DNA of 64,000 bases, taken from the NCBI GenBank assembly GCA_009914755.4, contig CP068257.2, forward strand, positions 22,880,001 through 22,944,000, written 5' to 3'. Within the stretch, counting starts at the first letter, position 1, and every line of letters begins with the position of its first letter. Shown here piece after piece: positions 45,650 to 59,111 of the stretch. The translations under genes were made by a program, and so were the position numbers. The notes beneath the pieces were generated by a model. That model was not told the origin of the DNA. It saw only the letters and a list, made by a program, of their open reading frames with translations, and ran no database searches. Source of the stretch: the human T2T-CHM13v2.0 reference genome, Homo sapiens.

Positions 45650-46013
45650 TGACATGGTTTGGCTGTGTCCCCACCCAAATCTCATCTTGAATTGTAGCTC
45701 CCATTATCCCCAATTGTCATGGGAGGGACTTGGTGTGAGGTAATTGAATCATGGTGAAGGGTTTTTCCCATGTTGTTCTCACGATAGTGAATAAGTCTCA
45801 TGAGATCTGATGGTTTTATAAAGGGCAGTTTCCCTGCACACACTCTCTTGCCTGCCACCATGTAAGATGAGCCTTTGCTCTTCCTTTGCCTTCCACCATG
45901 ATTGTGAGGCCTCCCCAACCACGAGGAACGGTGAGTCTGCTAAACCTCTTTTTCTTTATAAATTACCCAGTCTTGGGCATTTCTTCATATCAGTATGAGA
46001 ATGGACTAATACA
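45650..46013 (+). mobile_element. MaLR LTR (THE1/MST family), sense solo LTR
   Basis: 'tgacatggtttggctgtgtccccacccaaatctcatcttgaattgtagctcccattatcccc…ggtaattgaatcatggtgaagggtttttcccatgttgttctcacgatagtgaataagtctcatgagatctgatggttttataaagggcagtttccctgcacacactctcttgcctgccaccatgtaagatg…ccaccatgattgtgaggcctccccaaccacgaggaacggtgagtc…tataaattacccagtcttgggcatttcttcatatcagtatgagaatggactaatacatg' is close to the THE1 consensus. Confidence 0.9.
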
Positions 46014-49000
46014 TGTGTTTATAAGAAAGGTCCAGGTTTTCTTTTCCTATGAGAATTTCTTCATAAGGGTGAGACTGGGAAGCAGGGAGCCATTCCAGAT
46101 TCTCTGCCTATAATTGAGAAATAAGGTCGCCCCATTGTCCAGGCTCTATTCCATTTAGTTTAGATGGCAAGAGGTACCATCATAATTTCAAACTAACTGA
46201 TATCAGAGTTTCTGCGTGTATGTTTCATATAGCTCCCTTTAGCTAATCACAGATTCCTTATTTACTATTGGCTTGAATTATGAATAGATAAATGCCAGAA
46301 TTTAGAAAGCAAACCTCACACTACTATGGCTCACAAAATCTTGACATAATCTGCTATTTACTTTGAAAAGAGCAAGATGGGAATCAAACTATGTTAACTG
46401 TGTATGTGTGTTCCATTATTTCATATTAATTTGCTAAATTATTCATTTTATCCTCCTTTGACATTCTAAATGCCATTAGGTTTGGTTTAGCTGGAGTAAG
46501 TCATCACTTTGGTTCACAGATCTGGATATTAATATCTTATCTCATAGGTTATTTGGTAAAAGTTATATATTTTTTTCACTGAACATTTATCCCTTTTTAA
46601 TTTTAATGTCATTCTCTTTCAGAACATGTATGTCCCCATGTAGTTTATTAATCAATACAGGGATTTCAAAAAAAAATGATGGGTGACAAGAGTAAGGAAA
46701 GGATATATTCTTCAGGATTCTTCAGAGAACCAGAACCAATAGGATACATATGGATGCATATAAGAAGATTTTTATTGTGGAAATTGACTCACACAATTAT
46801 GGAAGCTGTGAAGTTCCCTGATATGACATCTGCAAGCTGGAGAATCAGGAAAGCTGGTGGTATAATTGAGTCTGGTTCTGAATACCTGAGAACCAGGGAA
46901 GCCAACAAGAAAAATCACAATATGAGGCCAAAGGCCTGAAAAATAGGGAAGTGAGGATATCACTGGTATAAGTCCTAGAGTCTGAAAGCCCAAGTACCAG
47001 GGGTGCTGATGTCCAAGGGCAGGAGAAGATAGATGCTCCAGCTCAAGGGGACAGAGAGATTAAGAACTTGCCCTTCTTCCACTTTTTTGGTTCTACTTGA
47101 GCCCTTCATAAATTGGATGATGTCTGAGTTCACTGGTGAAGGCAGATCTTCCTCAGTGTATGGATTCAAAAGCTAATCTCTTCTGGAAGCACTCTCTCAG
47201 ACACATGCAGAAATAGTACTTTATTAGCTGTCTGGGCATTCCTCAATCCAATCAAGTTGACACCTAAAATTAACCACCACAGAGAAGGAGAAGAAAGCTT
47301 GAGGGAGAGGGGAAGATTATGATAAGAAGGACAAATGCCAATGCTTAGCAGTGAGTTATTGATTACAGATTCGTGGCTGCTGCAGAAAAGTTGTATTGGA
47401 AATGGCTCCAAGTACATAGTGCCCCACTTACCCTATAATCTTCCAGATACTTTTTCAAGTAAGAAGATATGAGCAGAACCCTTTACAATTTTGCTCTTCT
47501 TTCTTTCAAAAGCATTTGACCATGTGATTCTGTGTTTTCTCTTTGACTTAATTCAAATTATAACTCTAGATATTTTTAGTATTAAGAATTTGAGTTTAAA
47601 ATACTTTCCTAAATTTGATAAAGGTAATGTTTCTCATTTGATCCATCATTTTCATTGTTTAAGTTAATTTAAGTATTAGAAAAGGGTATGATTCTAGTTA
47701 AAGAATTTGAATCCAACACTTAATCATAGTATACACAAATGAGTTAAATAAGAAGGATGACCTATGAATGAATAAGGCAGTGAAAGTTGATTTACAGATA
47801 ATTGTTATTAATAAAATATTCAATAACTTTAATTTTGTGCAGAAGTAATATTTATAAGTCATATAAATTTCATTCTGCATAGGTATCAATTCTTCATTTT
47901 TTAAAAAATCTGGACTAATCAAATTTTGTGTTTTGTAATGAAATAGACATCTTACAATATTTTTAATGGAAGGAATTATACAGAAGTGTAATAATTAAAT
48001 GCAGAAGTAACTATTAATTATTTTATGATATAATCCTGCAAGAATTTCCTGTTTCTTGAGAAATTATTGTGCCTAAAACTAAAAAGTTGAATTAATTTTT
48101 TTAAGTTAAGGATAACTACTATAATCAAGATTTCCATATACTCACTTTTATACAACATAGTTTTTTTTCTTACTTGTAAGTAGAAATGCATTTAGCTTTA
48201 ACCATCCCAGGAATCTAATTTGGTTTCTTTTTGTTAGAATTTCTTATTTTCTTTTTTAGCAATGAATACACTAGGGTTAGGCATTTGCCTTGATTAGAGC
48301 ATTTTAAATATGTAAATGCTGAGTAAAAACAAGCAAGATGTTAAAGCAAGACGCTTACAACAAATTTCAATCACCCAAAATATCTCAGATATACAATAGA
48401 CTATATTATAATCTTGGGTATACTATTAGGAGATAAATTATGCTTCATTTCCCTAATTAATTGCATTACATTGATACAAAATGCCAAACACTAAATAGTA
48501 AATATTAAGACAGCATTTGTAAGTAGTTTAAAGTAATTTAAACTTAATTAAATTGAAATGGCACTCAAAGAACACAATTATTCTGTTCATTGTGACATTT
48601 AAATGGTAATACTCACTATAAAAGTGATAAGTTAGATGAATGTTTCCCAACTAAATCATGTTTTTAAATTTTAAATAGACCTATAAGCATTCAAAATGAA
48701 GATTATATTTGTAATTATCCATTTCAACTTCTTTGTGTTATTTTTTCCTCATTTTTGAAAATGAGTGATATGTTCCCACATTTGTTACAAGGATCTCAAA
48801 ATAAATACTTTTAAATTATTTGAATAGATATAAATTTTATCTTAGCACTTGCTGAACACACTCTATCATTCAATTTAACTCTCTCAATCTTAAAGATATG
48901 TAAAGTGAGGGCACTCAACAGATTTCCTAAATATGAATTACAAATGTTGTAATTCATGTTAATTCACAAATATTAATTCATGTTAAATTAAAAATTCTGA

Positions 49001-52000
49001 AGTTATAAAATTATTTTATCCTACAAAAAATTCTACATAACAAAAAAATAACCTGCATTGAGTTATTGCTTTTACTCCTAATATTCCTTCTAAATAAGCC
49101 GAACCCAAGCATAGTAAGGGACTCAGAGGAAAAACATAAAGGTTGGGTGCAAACAACTAAAGTGAGTCTCCAGGATCAAAATTTCCAGATATTCCCAACA
49201 CGAAGTGCTTCCCAGGCTGTAATGCTAACTGCTATGTGCTGAATTATTCCCACCTTTCAAATTCATATGTTAGTCCTAACCCTTAGGACCTCAGAATGTG
49301 ACTATATTTGGAGATAGGGTCTTTAATTAGGTAACTAAATTAAAATGAGGTTATTAGTGTAAGCCTTAATTCAGTAGGACTGGTGTCCTTATAAGAAGAG
49401 AAAAATAGGACACAGACTGATACAGAGGGAAGATCACATGAAGAAAAGAAGGAGACAGCCATCTTACAGCCAAGGAGGGAGGACTTAGTGGAAATCAACC
49501 CTGCTGATGCCTTGATCTTAGGCTTCCAGCCTACAGAACTGTGAAAAAATAAACTTCTGTTGCTTAAGCCACTTAATCAGTTATGTTTTGTTAAGAAAGG
49601 TTGAGAAAACTAATACAATAATGCATAAAAAAACTAGATAATATAGACAATTGATTACAGTATTATCTGTAAGGAATCCAGCCAAAGTCAGAGGGGTAAT
49701 ACCAGGATACTACATCCTCAGAAACTACCAGGTAGGGTGATTTGAATCCAGCTCTACATAATTGAAATGTGTTCACTAATGAAATAAATATTATATATCA
49801 TTTATATACACCTACATTGTACATACACACATGCACACATGTATGCAAATACATAATTTTATACACAAAAGTAATACATAATATGTATATATTTATATGT
49901 ATTTTGTTTATAGTTCATTTATATTTTTCAAATATATATTAAAATACAAACTTCCTTTTTTTACCCAATTCTACATTCTCTTTATTTTTTTCACAGGATC
50001 TTGATTATTTCCAATATTTTTCCTGAATTTATTAGCTTTACATAGTCTATCACTATGAACAAACCTTGATATCTTTCTCCCTTCCATTTCAATAATCATC
50101 CTTATAAGCAATTCCGCCATCTCAATACTTTTCTGTTTATTTCTTATATCGGCATTTTGAATTATCGAAACATTACTTGTTTTCCACAAACTGTGATGTA
50201 AGCTTTCTTCTTTTCTCTCTTTTTAAATTTCTTTTAAAAAGGATATCTACTTTAAAACTTTTAATAGTATAATTTTCCCTCAACTCTTCATTTTAATGAA
50301 ACACTGCAAGATAACACTTTTAAGAGCGAATCCTACATTTTTAAGCAAAACTATTTTAAAAAATATAAAATCTCATCCATTTTATTCAGACTTTAAGTTC
50401 ACGGCCAACGGAACCATTTTTTTTTTTTTCATATTTGACTACTGTAGATGAATCTGTGAGAAAAACCTGAAGCCATGGTCAAAAAAACAGTTATCCAATA
50501 TGGCAGAAGTTTGGAGATAAACTGAAGAACGAAAGCTAAGATTTCCTGAGACAGACAGGACTGTTTCTCACTGAAGATGAATACAGTGTTAACATATCCT
50601 AGGAGAAACAGGCATTTGGAAAATATTTATCTTTAACTGTTCAGTATTTTGATGCATACATAGGACCCAAACAGCAAATACACAGACAAGTAATTAGCCA
50701 TGAGTTAGACAGGGATCTTAGAAATTCATCATTGTGCTGAACAGGTGGAAAACATTTAAAATTGTTTAGAGACACTCGACTACTGCATCCCGTGACACAC
50801 GAGTTTGTGACTGTCTTCGTGTCCTAAATTGATTTTAATTTCAACTCTTATGTGGAAACGTACTGCATAAAAACATTAATTCTCTCTATAAAGAATAGTT
50901 AGTGAAGAATATTCTTAAAACATCCACAATTTTCTAAGCAATGCCTTAAGCTCAGCATTATAGTCATCAATGGAAGTACTTATATAATTTCAAATTTTTA
51001 TTTAAAAATAAGCAGAAATAATATGATTTCAAAAATCAATTTTGTTCTGCCATTAAATGTCTGATTGTTAATTAGTACCATTTAAATGTGACTTGGTGTA
51101 TATTCTGTTTGTATCTGCAATCAAATAATTTAATTATCTTCTAAATACTTGTGGGGTTTTTTTTACTACCAATTCTAATGGCAAAAAATGTAATTTTCCT
51201 TGAGAAAGTTTGTAATAAACTGGAATATATTCATAATTCTAGAAGAACTAAAAGACCTTTTAAAAACATTCTATTAATGCTAACTATAAAATGTTTACCT
51301 TTAAAAACATGGAAATTCGAAATTACATTTGGAAAAGTTATTATTGTTAAAGGAAGCAAATTTTTCAGGTAGTTGAGTCACCTTGACAAGGATCATTATT
51401 ACATCATTTAAAGTAGAAAAAATTATCTGAGCTTTTTAAAATAAAAACAATTATTTGCTATTTTTACTAAAACATTGTGCAGTCATGATACCATATACCA
51501 GTTCCATACTCAAAATATGTAAAAATTATATATAAGGTTTGCTGTGCCTATCATTAAGTCATTTTTGCTTCGCTCCATTTCACTCCTGTCAGTCTGTAAG
51601 AAGCTTTAGTTATGCTCAACATATGTGAAAATCAAGTTTGGAATAATTATTCATGTCTATGTTTTTATTCTCTACTAAGCATTATATATGTTATATTACT
51701 TCATACATACAACACATGTAGCATGGGCAATTTTCTTACTTGTACCCCTTGTGAAGACTAATGCCAATCAAATCCCCAACCCATACTATGGTTAAATGCT
51801 TTCCATTAAAACCAACTGGGAGTAGAGCACAAACAATAATGTCACTGCTTTACGTTTGTGTCTCATTTCCCATCTACTTTATTCTGCCACAAACACATTC
51901 CTGTTAAGCCAACCAATCAAGATCTACAGGAAAAAAGTATAATTTATGTATTACAGGCAGCCACCAAGAATCCTCCTCACCCTTTAAAACAATAACTTTG

Positions 52001-53624
52001 AACGAAATATATATACACTAATGATCCACTGCCTATACATTAAACATAATGTCTTATAATTAAATATTCTCCTTTATATTTTTTATGAAATCCGAGCGAG
52101 GACAAATATCTTGACAAAGGCTACTGATCATAGCATCAGTTCTGTGCCTTACTGCATGACGAGTTGGTCTGTTATAAAATTATTTCTACTGAAATCAACT
52201 GCTTAAATGACCTTACCTCCAAGACAGTTCTGCCATTTATGTAAAACCATTTATATCTAAAAATTCCAACTGGGATCGAAAATAGCAATTTAACTGGATT
52301 GTCTCCCTTTCATTCTTTAAAATACTCTAGTGTCATCATGAAAATTACAATTACGTTTAAGCCATTTTTATTATCACTATCTTTTTTAGTAAGTAGTGAC
52401 AAATCGAAAGCACTCACAGGAAATTGAAATGCTAAAATGAATTGAAGAGTAAGCCAATGCATTTTAAGAAAATGCTAACACAGAGAGAAATAAATCCCTT
52501 TTCTAAAAGAAGGATAGTGAATAAATTACATTGCCTTTATATTGGCTTTCAGATTGGCTTTTTAGTCTCTCACATATCCTTTTAGAGAATAATATAACAT
52601 ATAAAATTCAGCTGCATTTCTTTTTATCATTTTAACTTGAGCAAAAATAACTGCTAGTCATTATCATTTTAATTTTCATAAAATTAACCATTATGTTTCC
52701 TCAAGATAAAGTGGCAGTAAATTATTAGAATAGTGCTCCTTTCATGATAAAATTACTCTATTTAATTGTTTAGGTTTAAAAGTTCATCATCTTTATCAAA
52801 GGGTCTCTTGTAGTAAAAGTTAAAGCAAACCTTAATTAATAGTTAATCTTTTCTGTGATTATGAAAAAATGCTCCTATTCATATTTAAATTATAGTTACT
52901 TAATGAAAACATTAAGATTTTAATTCTGATTCTTTTTGGCTTGAGGTCAGGACAAAATATCTGTGGAGTGGAGAGAATATGGCAACTTTTGAGCTATATT
53001 GGTGGCATGACCTCTCATTATTCTCAATATAAAATAATCATGCCATTATCTTCTCACTTTATGTACTACTGAAATAACTCATTGATAAACAAATGTAAAA
53101 TAAACCTTATGACCTCAAGTCTCATACTTATTATTTGTATTAAATTTATATTATGGTCAAAATTCCCTTAAAACCTCTCTTCTATTGCAAAGGCTTTGAA
53201 AGGTGTTGATTTATCCGAGCCAACCTATAGGACAAATGATCCAGGCTTGGATACGTTGATGGATAACAACCAGTCAGAATCCTCATTATTAACGATCTAC
53301 TCCTATCGGTAAGTTTTATGAGCCTCCTGTTATCATATGGAACGAACTTTTTGCAGTAGATGAACATGAGGAAAAGGGACAGAGAGAGGCTGTTGGATGA
53401 AAAAAAAACGAAGATTAAAAACTCTGACAATATTGCCAAGGCTCTGTATCCAACCATTTCTGAAACTAATTTATATATTTGTTACCTTAGAATTGTATTG
53501 TGTTATTTATTATTATTTTCTTTTTATGCCTGAAATGTTTAATAGTCTGATAGCATTTAACATAATCTATATTAGATTTTACTGTGTGCTTTGCAAATGA
53601 TTTTGCTATGGTTTAAATGTCTTC

Positions 53625-54135
53625 TCCAAAAATCATGTTAAAACTTAATTGTCATTGTAACAGTGTTGAGAAGCATGACCTTTAAGAGGTCATTTAGTCA
53701 TAAGGCTCTGCCCTCAAATGGATTAATGCTGTCATGGGGAGAGTGGGTTCCTGATGAAAGGCAGGAGGCAGAGGTCTGGGGGAAAATGCCGTGGTTCTCA
53801 TGTCCCCTTCAAAATTCATATTACAAGTTAATTGACATCAGAACAGTGTTGAGAGGTGGTACCTTTAGGAGATGATTAAGTCATGAAGGCTCTGCCCTAT
53901 AAATGGATTAATGTGATATCACCAAAGTAGATTAGTTATGTCAGGAGTGAGTTACTGTTGAAAGGATGAAGTGCATTTGCTTGCCTTCTGCTATGAGAAG
54001 CCACAGCATGAAGGCCCTTTCAAGACTCCAGCATCTTGATATTAGACTTTCCATCCTCCAAAACTGTGAGAAATAAATTTATTTTCTTTATAAATTACTT
54101 AGCCTGTGGTATTCTGTTATGGCAGCAGAAAACAA
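53625..54135 (+). mobile_element. MLT1-type MaLR LTR, sense, with an internal ~180-bp tandem duplication of its 5' region
   Basis: Copy A ('…aacagtgttgagaagcatgacctttaagaggtcatttagtcataaggctctgccctcaaatggattaatgctgtcatg…') and copy B ('…aattgacatcagaacagtgttgagaggtggtacctttaggagatgattaagtcatgaaggctctgccctataaatggattaatgtgatatcacc…') are followed by the canonical LTR 3' end 'cctccaaaactgtgagaaataaatttattttctttataaattacttagcctgtggtattctgttatggcagcagaaaacaaattaga'. Confidence 0.8.
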
Positions 54136-55335
54136 ATTAGAACAGATATAAACAAAACTACAAAAATTTATCATTTTCAATTCAAACAGTGAAATTGTTC
54201 ACAGATGGTGATACTTGACATAGGCTTTTTCAAGTGACAGACCCTATAAACATGAACATAGTTGATTCAACATAAGAACTAAGATGGACAGCCTTTCTTT
54301 CTCAAGAGGAATTGTTGAAAATCCTTTATGTGCTGAAGATAAGCCACTAATTAAACTGCTACTTTCTGGGCTTTGGGAGTTATAGTTAGGTAAACAAGAC
54401 TTAAGGAACTATGATAGAGAACTGTGAATGTTGATGTGGGCTGGCTACTTCTTGTAGTCTTCAGTAACATGAAAAAGAAAGAATTCCACAGTCCAACTAT
54501 GAAAAATAGTCAGGTAAACAGTTGAAATTCATTTTAATTAAGTGTCATAGAAGTACATTTCTGAACATTAATGGTGAGAATTCTGCTTCTTACCATGTTA
54601 TTTCTACTCCCGTTTTCAATCGTTTCAACTCTTAATACAACAGGAACCCTAAAATGTGATTATTGTTTCAGTGTCCTTAAAAATTAAGAAAGAAAGCAAC
54701 TCTATTCTTTATACATATAAAAACTAGCATTATTAAGTTTTTTTTCCAACTCACAGGATAAATACAATTCAATGACTGTATAACCAGATATAAGAAACAC
54801 AAAAGTTTAAATAAAAGTTCTTCAGTGGAAAACAAAAATAGTATTACACTATGTATTTTTAGAATCTAAGAACTGACTTCAGCATTGACATATTTGTGGC
54901 TTAATACTTCCTAAATTTTATCTCAGTAACAGCTGTCTTTGAATTCTGGCAGAATATAACAGTATGAATGGACATTAAGATCATAGGTCCTTTTCGTAAT
55001 GAAGTGATGAATTGCCTTATTTCTTTTTACTTCCTTCTTCAGTATATCACTTTCAGTAAAAGTTGAAGACTATAATAAATTGACATCGTATTTCCAAACC
55101 CTCTTCTTTATACTGAAGGTCATTTGGTTATGAGTTTGCTAGTAATTTCCAATAAGAGGCTATTGTCTAGATAATACTTAAATTTGTCATAGAGCTTTAT
55201 TAGAGGTTGAATTAATGTTAATTATGCACAAAACACATGGCAGCTTTGAAATACACTTTTAAAAAATTAAGAATTGCATTATTTAAGGCATGAGTTTATT
55301 GTAGTTAAGTATACATTTTAATTTAATATTAAATA

Positions 55336-55690
55336 TTCTGTGCAGCCATAAAAAGGAAAGTGATCATATCCTTTGCAGGGACGTGGATGGAGCTGGAAGC
55401 CAATATCCTCAGCAAGCTAACATAGAAACAGAAAACCAAACACTGCATGTTCTCATTTATAAGTGAGCGCTGAACAATGAGAACACAGGGAAGGGAACTA
55501 CACACACTGGGACTTGTTAAGGAGGCAGGGGGAGGGAGAACATCAGAAAAAATAGCTAATGCATGCAGGGCTTAATACCTAGGTGACGGGTTGATAGGTG
55601 CAGCAAACCACCACGGCACATGTATAATTATGTAACAAACCTGCACGTCCTGCACATGTATCCTGGAAGTTAAAATAGAATTAAATTAAA
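55336..55690 (+). mobile_element. L1 (L1PA/L1PB-like) extreme 3'-end fragment (~350 bp), sense
   Basis: 'gcagccataaaaaggaaagtgatcatatcctttgcagggacgtggatggagctggaagccaatatcctcagcaagctaacatagaaacagaaaaccaaacactgcatgttctcatttataagtgagcgctgaacaatgagaacac…gggttgataggtgcagcaaaccaccacggcacatgtataattatgtaacaaacctgcacgtcctgcacatgtatcctggaagttaaaatagaattaaa'. Confidence 0.9.
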
Positions 55691-57300
55691 TTTAAAAAAA
55701 TTCTGAAGTATGTAAGTAATATGCAGTTTAACTGGATCACATCTGAAGTTTTAAAAAAGTTTGAATCACGATGAATACTGAATTATCTTTAGAAAATGAG
55801 AATAACTATCTAAAATATATTTTAAAAAGTTAAAAAGTTAACAAACTTGCATAAAATTACAGGTCCGTACATTTAGCAAATCCACTTACACAAGTAGTGG
55901 TTGCTGTCTCTCTCCCAACCACTCCAAACCAGCAAGGCCTTAATACAAGAATGAGACTCTGAAAACAAGCAAGGATTTTAATCTTGACTCCATCACGAAA
56001 TAGCTGTGTGAACATGGGCAAACTGCTTTACTTCTGTAAGCAGCTTTGTCTGAATATTGGTAATATGATTAGGAAGAATAAATGAGATAGATCACATAAA
56101 GAAAGCCATTTTTACTTTGCCTTGGCCCAGTATGTACCCCTACATATTTGCTGTTCTAGTTTCTAATATGATTATTATTATAGTTACTGTTATAAATATA
56201 CACCCATTACTAAACAAACCTAAAATACATACATTCCAGTGATATACCACTGATTTTCAATTTTGGTAAAGGTATGTTTATTAAATATATGATTTCATGA
56301 AGCCATCTGCAGTTTATGGATTGCTTACTAATATTACTCTGTTAGTTAAGGTTCAATGCCCTTTTCAAATTTACATGTTCAAAATCAGAAATATTTGTAA
56401 ATATATATGAAATCATGTATAAGGAAAAAGACTTAAAATGTGTTTGGAATCCTGACTTTACCACTTCCTAGCTATGTGAGCTTAAGCAATCACCTGAATT
56501 CTTTGAGCTTGGGGCACCCTACACACTACCTACACCTGAGTGTAGAGATGACAGGCATTCCTTTTTTGTTTGCTTGTTTTCAGAAACCCTGTTTAGATAA
56601 GTAATCTGAGTGCTTCAAACCCAGCATACCTACCACCCTGTGGCAGCCCAGTCTTGCACTATTCGATGCATGAAATGGCACACTGCTCATTGAGAGTGAT
56701 CAGTTTGCCAGGCTGCTCTCCGGAAATCAGGGACCAGTCATCAGGCCCTGGGATACCCCTAGAGGCATGAATCTCAAAGCTTATGAGAGCATCTGAGATG
56801 AGTTGAGAGAGGATGTGCGGGAGTCAGAGTGCCTGAAGGAGAGACATGAAGACTGGAGACTGGGCCCACACAGGAATCAGCCTGGGCTCAGGACTCTCTA
56901 CCCACAAAATACCCTGGTCTTCAACTCTGTCAGGTACCAAAAAGGACCTTAAATTGTTTGCAAGAAGACACTCATAAATATGGAATTCTGTGAGGCTTGC
57001 AGCCCAAAGTAGGAATCTTGTTGTCTCAGATATGTGATCAGTAATGCTCCTCAGCTATAAAATGATAAATTAATATCTCATTGAATAGTACATAATTGTG
57101 GGTTTCAAAGATACTGTCTGAATAATGCTCCACACGGCTCCTGACATACAGCTGTATAGTGATAAGAAGAAATAGTTTCAAAACATGAAGCTATTTCAAG
57201 AATCAAAAGTAGAAGCCAGATCACAAGTTCACAAATCTTGTATATTATCTCTTGCTTAACTACAGCCCTGTACTGATTTATTTATAAAGAGCTCTAATGG

Positions 57301-57603
57301 GGTCGGGCTCAGTAGCTCTCTCCTGTAATCCCAGCACTTTGGGAGGCAGAGGCGGGCGGATCAAGAGGTCAGGAGATTAAGACCATCCTGGCTAACAGGG
57401 TGAAACCCCGTCTCTACTAGAAATACAAAAAAAGTAGCCAGGCATGGTGGCGGGTGCCTGTAGTCCCAGCTACTGGGGAGGCTGAGGCAGGAGAATGGCG
57501 TGAATCCCGGAGGCGGAGCTTGCAGTGAGCCTAGATCGAGCCACTGCACTCCAGCCTGGGCGACAGAGCCAGACTCTGTCTCAAAAAAAAAAAAAAAAAA
57601 AAA
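57301..57603 (+). mobile_element. AluY-like SINE, sense, with 15-bp TSD 'aaagagc[t/c]ctaatgg' and ~21-nt poly-A
   Basis: 'ggtcgggctcagtagctctctcctgtaatcccagcactttgggaggcagaggcgggcggatcaagaggtcaggagattaagaccatcctggctaacagggtgaaaccccgtctctactagaaatac…gcctagatcgagccactgcactccagcctgggcgacagagccagactctgtctc(a)n'. The flanks read 'aaagagctctaatgg|Alu|aaagagccctaatgg'. Confidence 0.92.
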
Positions 57604-58331
57604 GAGCCCTAATGGTTGAAAACTCCCCATGGACTCTGTCAATACCCAAATACATTTAAAAAAAAATAAACTCCAAATATTCTTCTGAAAAAAAAGAAAA
57701 ACTTGAGAATTTGGAAATCGTAAGTCATTAGTTCTTGAACTGATGTGTGCCCGAATCATCTGAAGAGATTGTTAAAACATAGATTGTTAGGACGTAATTC
57801 CAGAGTTTCTTTTCTGTAGGTGGGACTGAAATTTCTAGCAAGTCATTAAGTGATTCTGATGCTGCTGGTACAGGCATCACACTATTAGGAATTATTCTGA
57901 TGATTGTACCATGGCTCTGAACTGTCTTTTCTGTTTGTTAGGTCAAGTCTAAATTTATATTCTATTCAAGGAATTTAGGAAAGGCATATGCCCACATAGC
58001 AGACCTCCAAAATGTTTTAGAAGGTAATCGTCTCTGGCCCCTGCTCATCATCATTCTTATTCTATTGCTTTTATTTCCAGTATATATTTGTTGTTATATA
58101 ACATTTCATGCACACAAAACCAAATGTTACCATTATTCCTCTTTCTTGAATTAGATTGACTATAAAAAGGGCATGATAGCTGAAGGAGATCAATTCATCA
58201 GGAGAATATGACTCTTAAATTTATTTATTTAACTCACTGTTTTGGGAGTTCTGAAGCATTTGTTGACCTTTCTCTCTCATAACTTCACTTATATTATCAT
58301 CATTTTATTATATGTCCTTTTATTAATTTTG

Positions 58332-58740
58332 TGATATAGTTTGAATAGTATCCACACCCAAATGTCATGTTGAATCATAATCCACTGAATTGAAGTTGGT
58401 GCCTGGGGAGATGATTAAATCATGGGGGTGGGTTTCTTATGAATAAATTAGCACCATTCTCTTGGTGCTGTCCTCGTGCTAGTGAGTGACTTTCATGAGA
58501 TCTGGCTATTTAAATGTGTGTAGCATTTCGCGCTCTCTCTCTTGCTCCTGTTTTCACCACGCAACATACCTGTTCTCTCTTTGCCTTCCACCATGATTGG
58601 AAGTTTCCTGAGGCGTCCTCAGAAGCAGATGCCACTATGCTTCCTGTACAGCCTTCAGAACTGTAAGCCAGTAAAACTTCTTATAAATTACCCAGCCTCA
58701 GATGTTTGTTTATTGCAATGCAAGAATGGCCTAATACATT
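58332..58740 (+). mobile_element. MaLR LTR (MST/THE1-like), sense solo LTR
   Basis: 'tgatatagtttgaatagtatccacacccaaatgtcatgttgaatcataatccactgaattgaagttggtgcctggggagatgattaaatcatgggggtgggtttcttatgaataaattagcaccattctcttggtgctgtcctcgtgctagtgagtgactttcatgagatctggctatttaaatgtgtgtagcatttcgcgctctctctcttgctcc…ccttccaccatgattggaagtttcctgaggcgtcctcagaagcagatgccactatgcttcctgtacagccttcagaactgtaagccagtaaaacttcttataaattacccagcctcagatgtttgtttattgcaatgcaagaatggcctaatacat'. Confidence 0.88.
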
Positions 58741-59111
58741 TTATAATCATAAGTAAATAAATATAAGTAAGACTACTATGAAATATTTTCAAATAAAATA
58801 ACTTTTCCACTAACATTGTGACAAACATTTGGGATCATAGATGTTTTTAAGCCAATATATTCCATTTCTATATGTGTCATGCTACAAGCATATTTTACTT
58901 AAATGCCAAATAAATATGCACATGTTACCAATCATGAGATTTGGGGAGGGGGTAGTTAAGTAATAAGTTGAAAATACTATAATGATTTTGTGGTGATATT
59001 TTATATAAAAATATTTTTCTTGAGAACAAGAATAGTTGGATTATTTTAAAACAAAATGAAACAAAACCTTGGTATTTCTTATAACAAACGAAATTTGAGA
59101 CAACATTTTAT

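Noticed and set aside
53663-53875. 70-aa ORF 'MLRSMTFKRSFSHKALPSNGLMLSWGEWVPDERQEAEVWGK…'.
   Set aside because: It lies inside the MLT1-type LTR, spanning its internal duplication. It is LTR sequence read through by chance.
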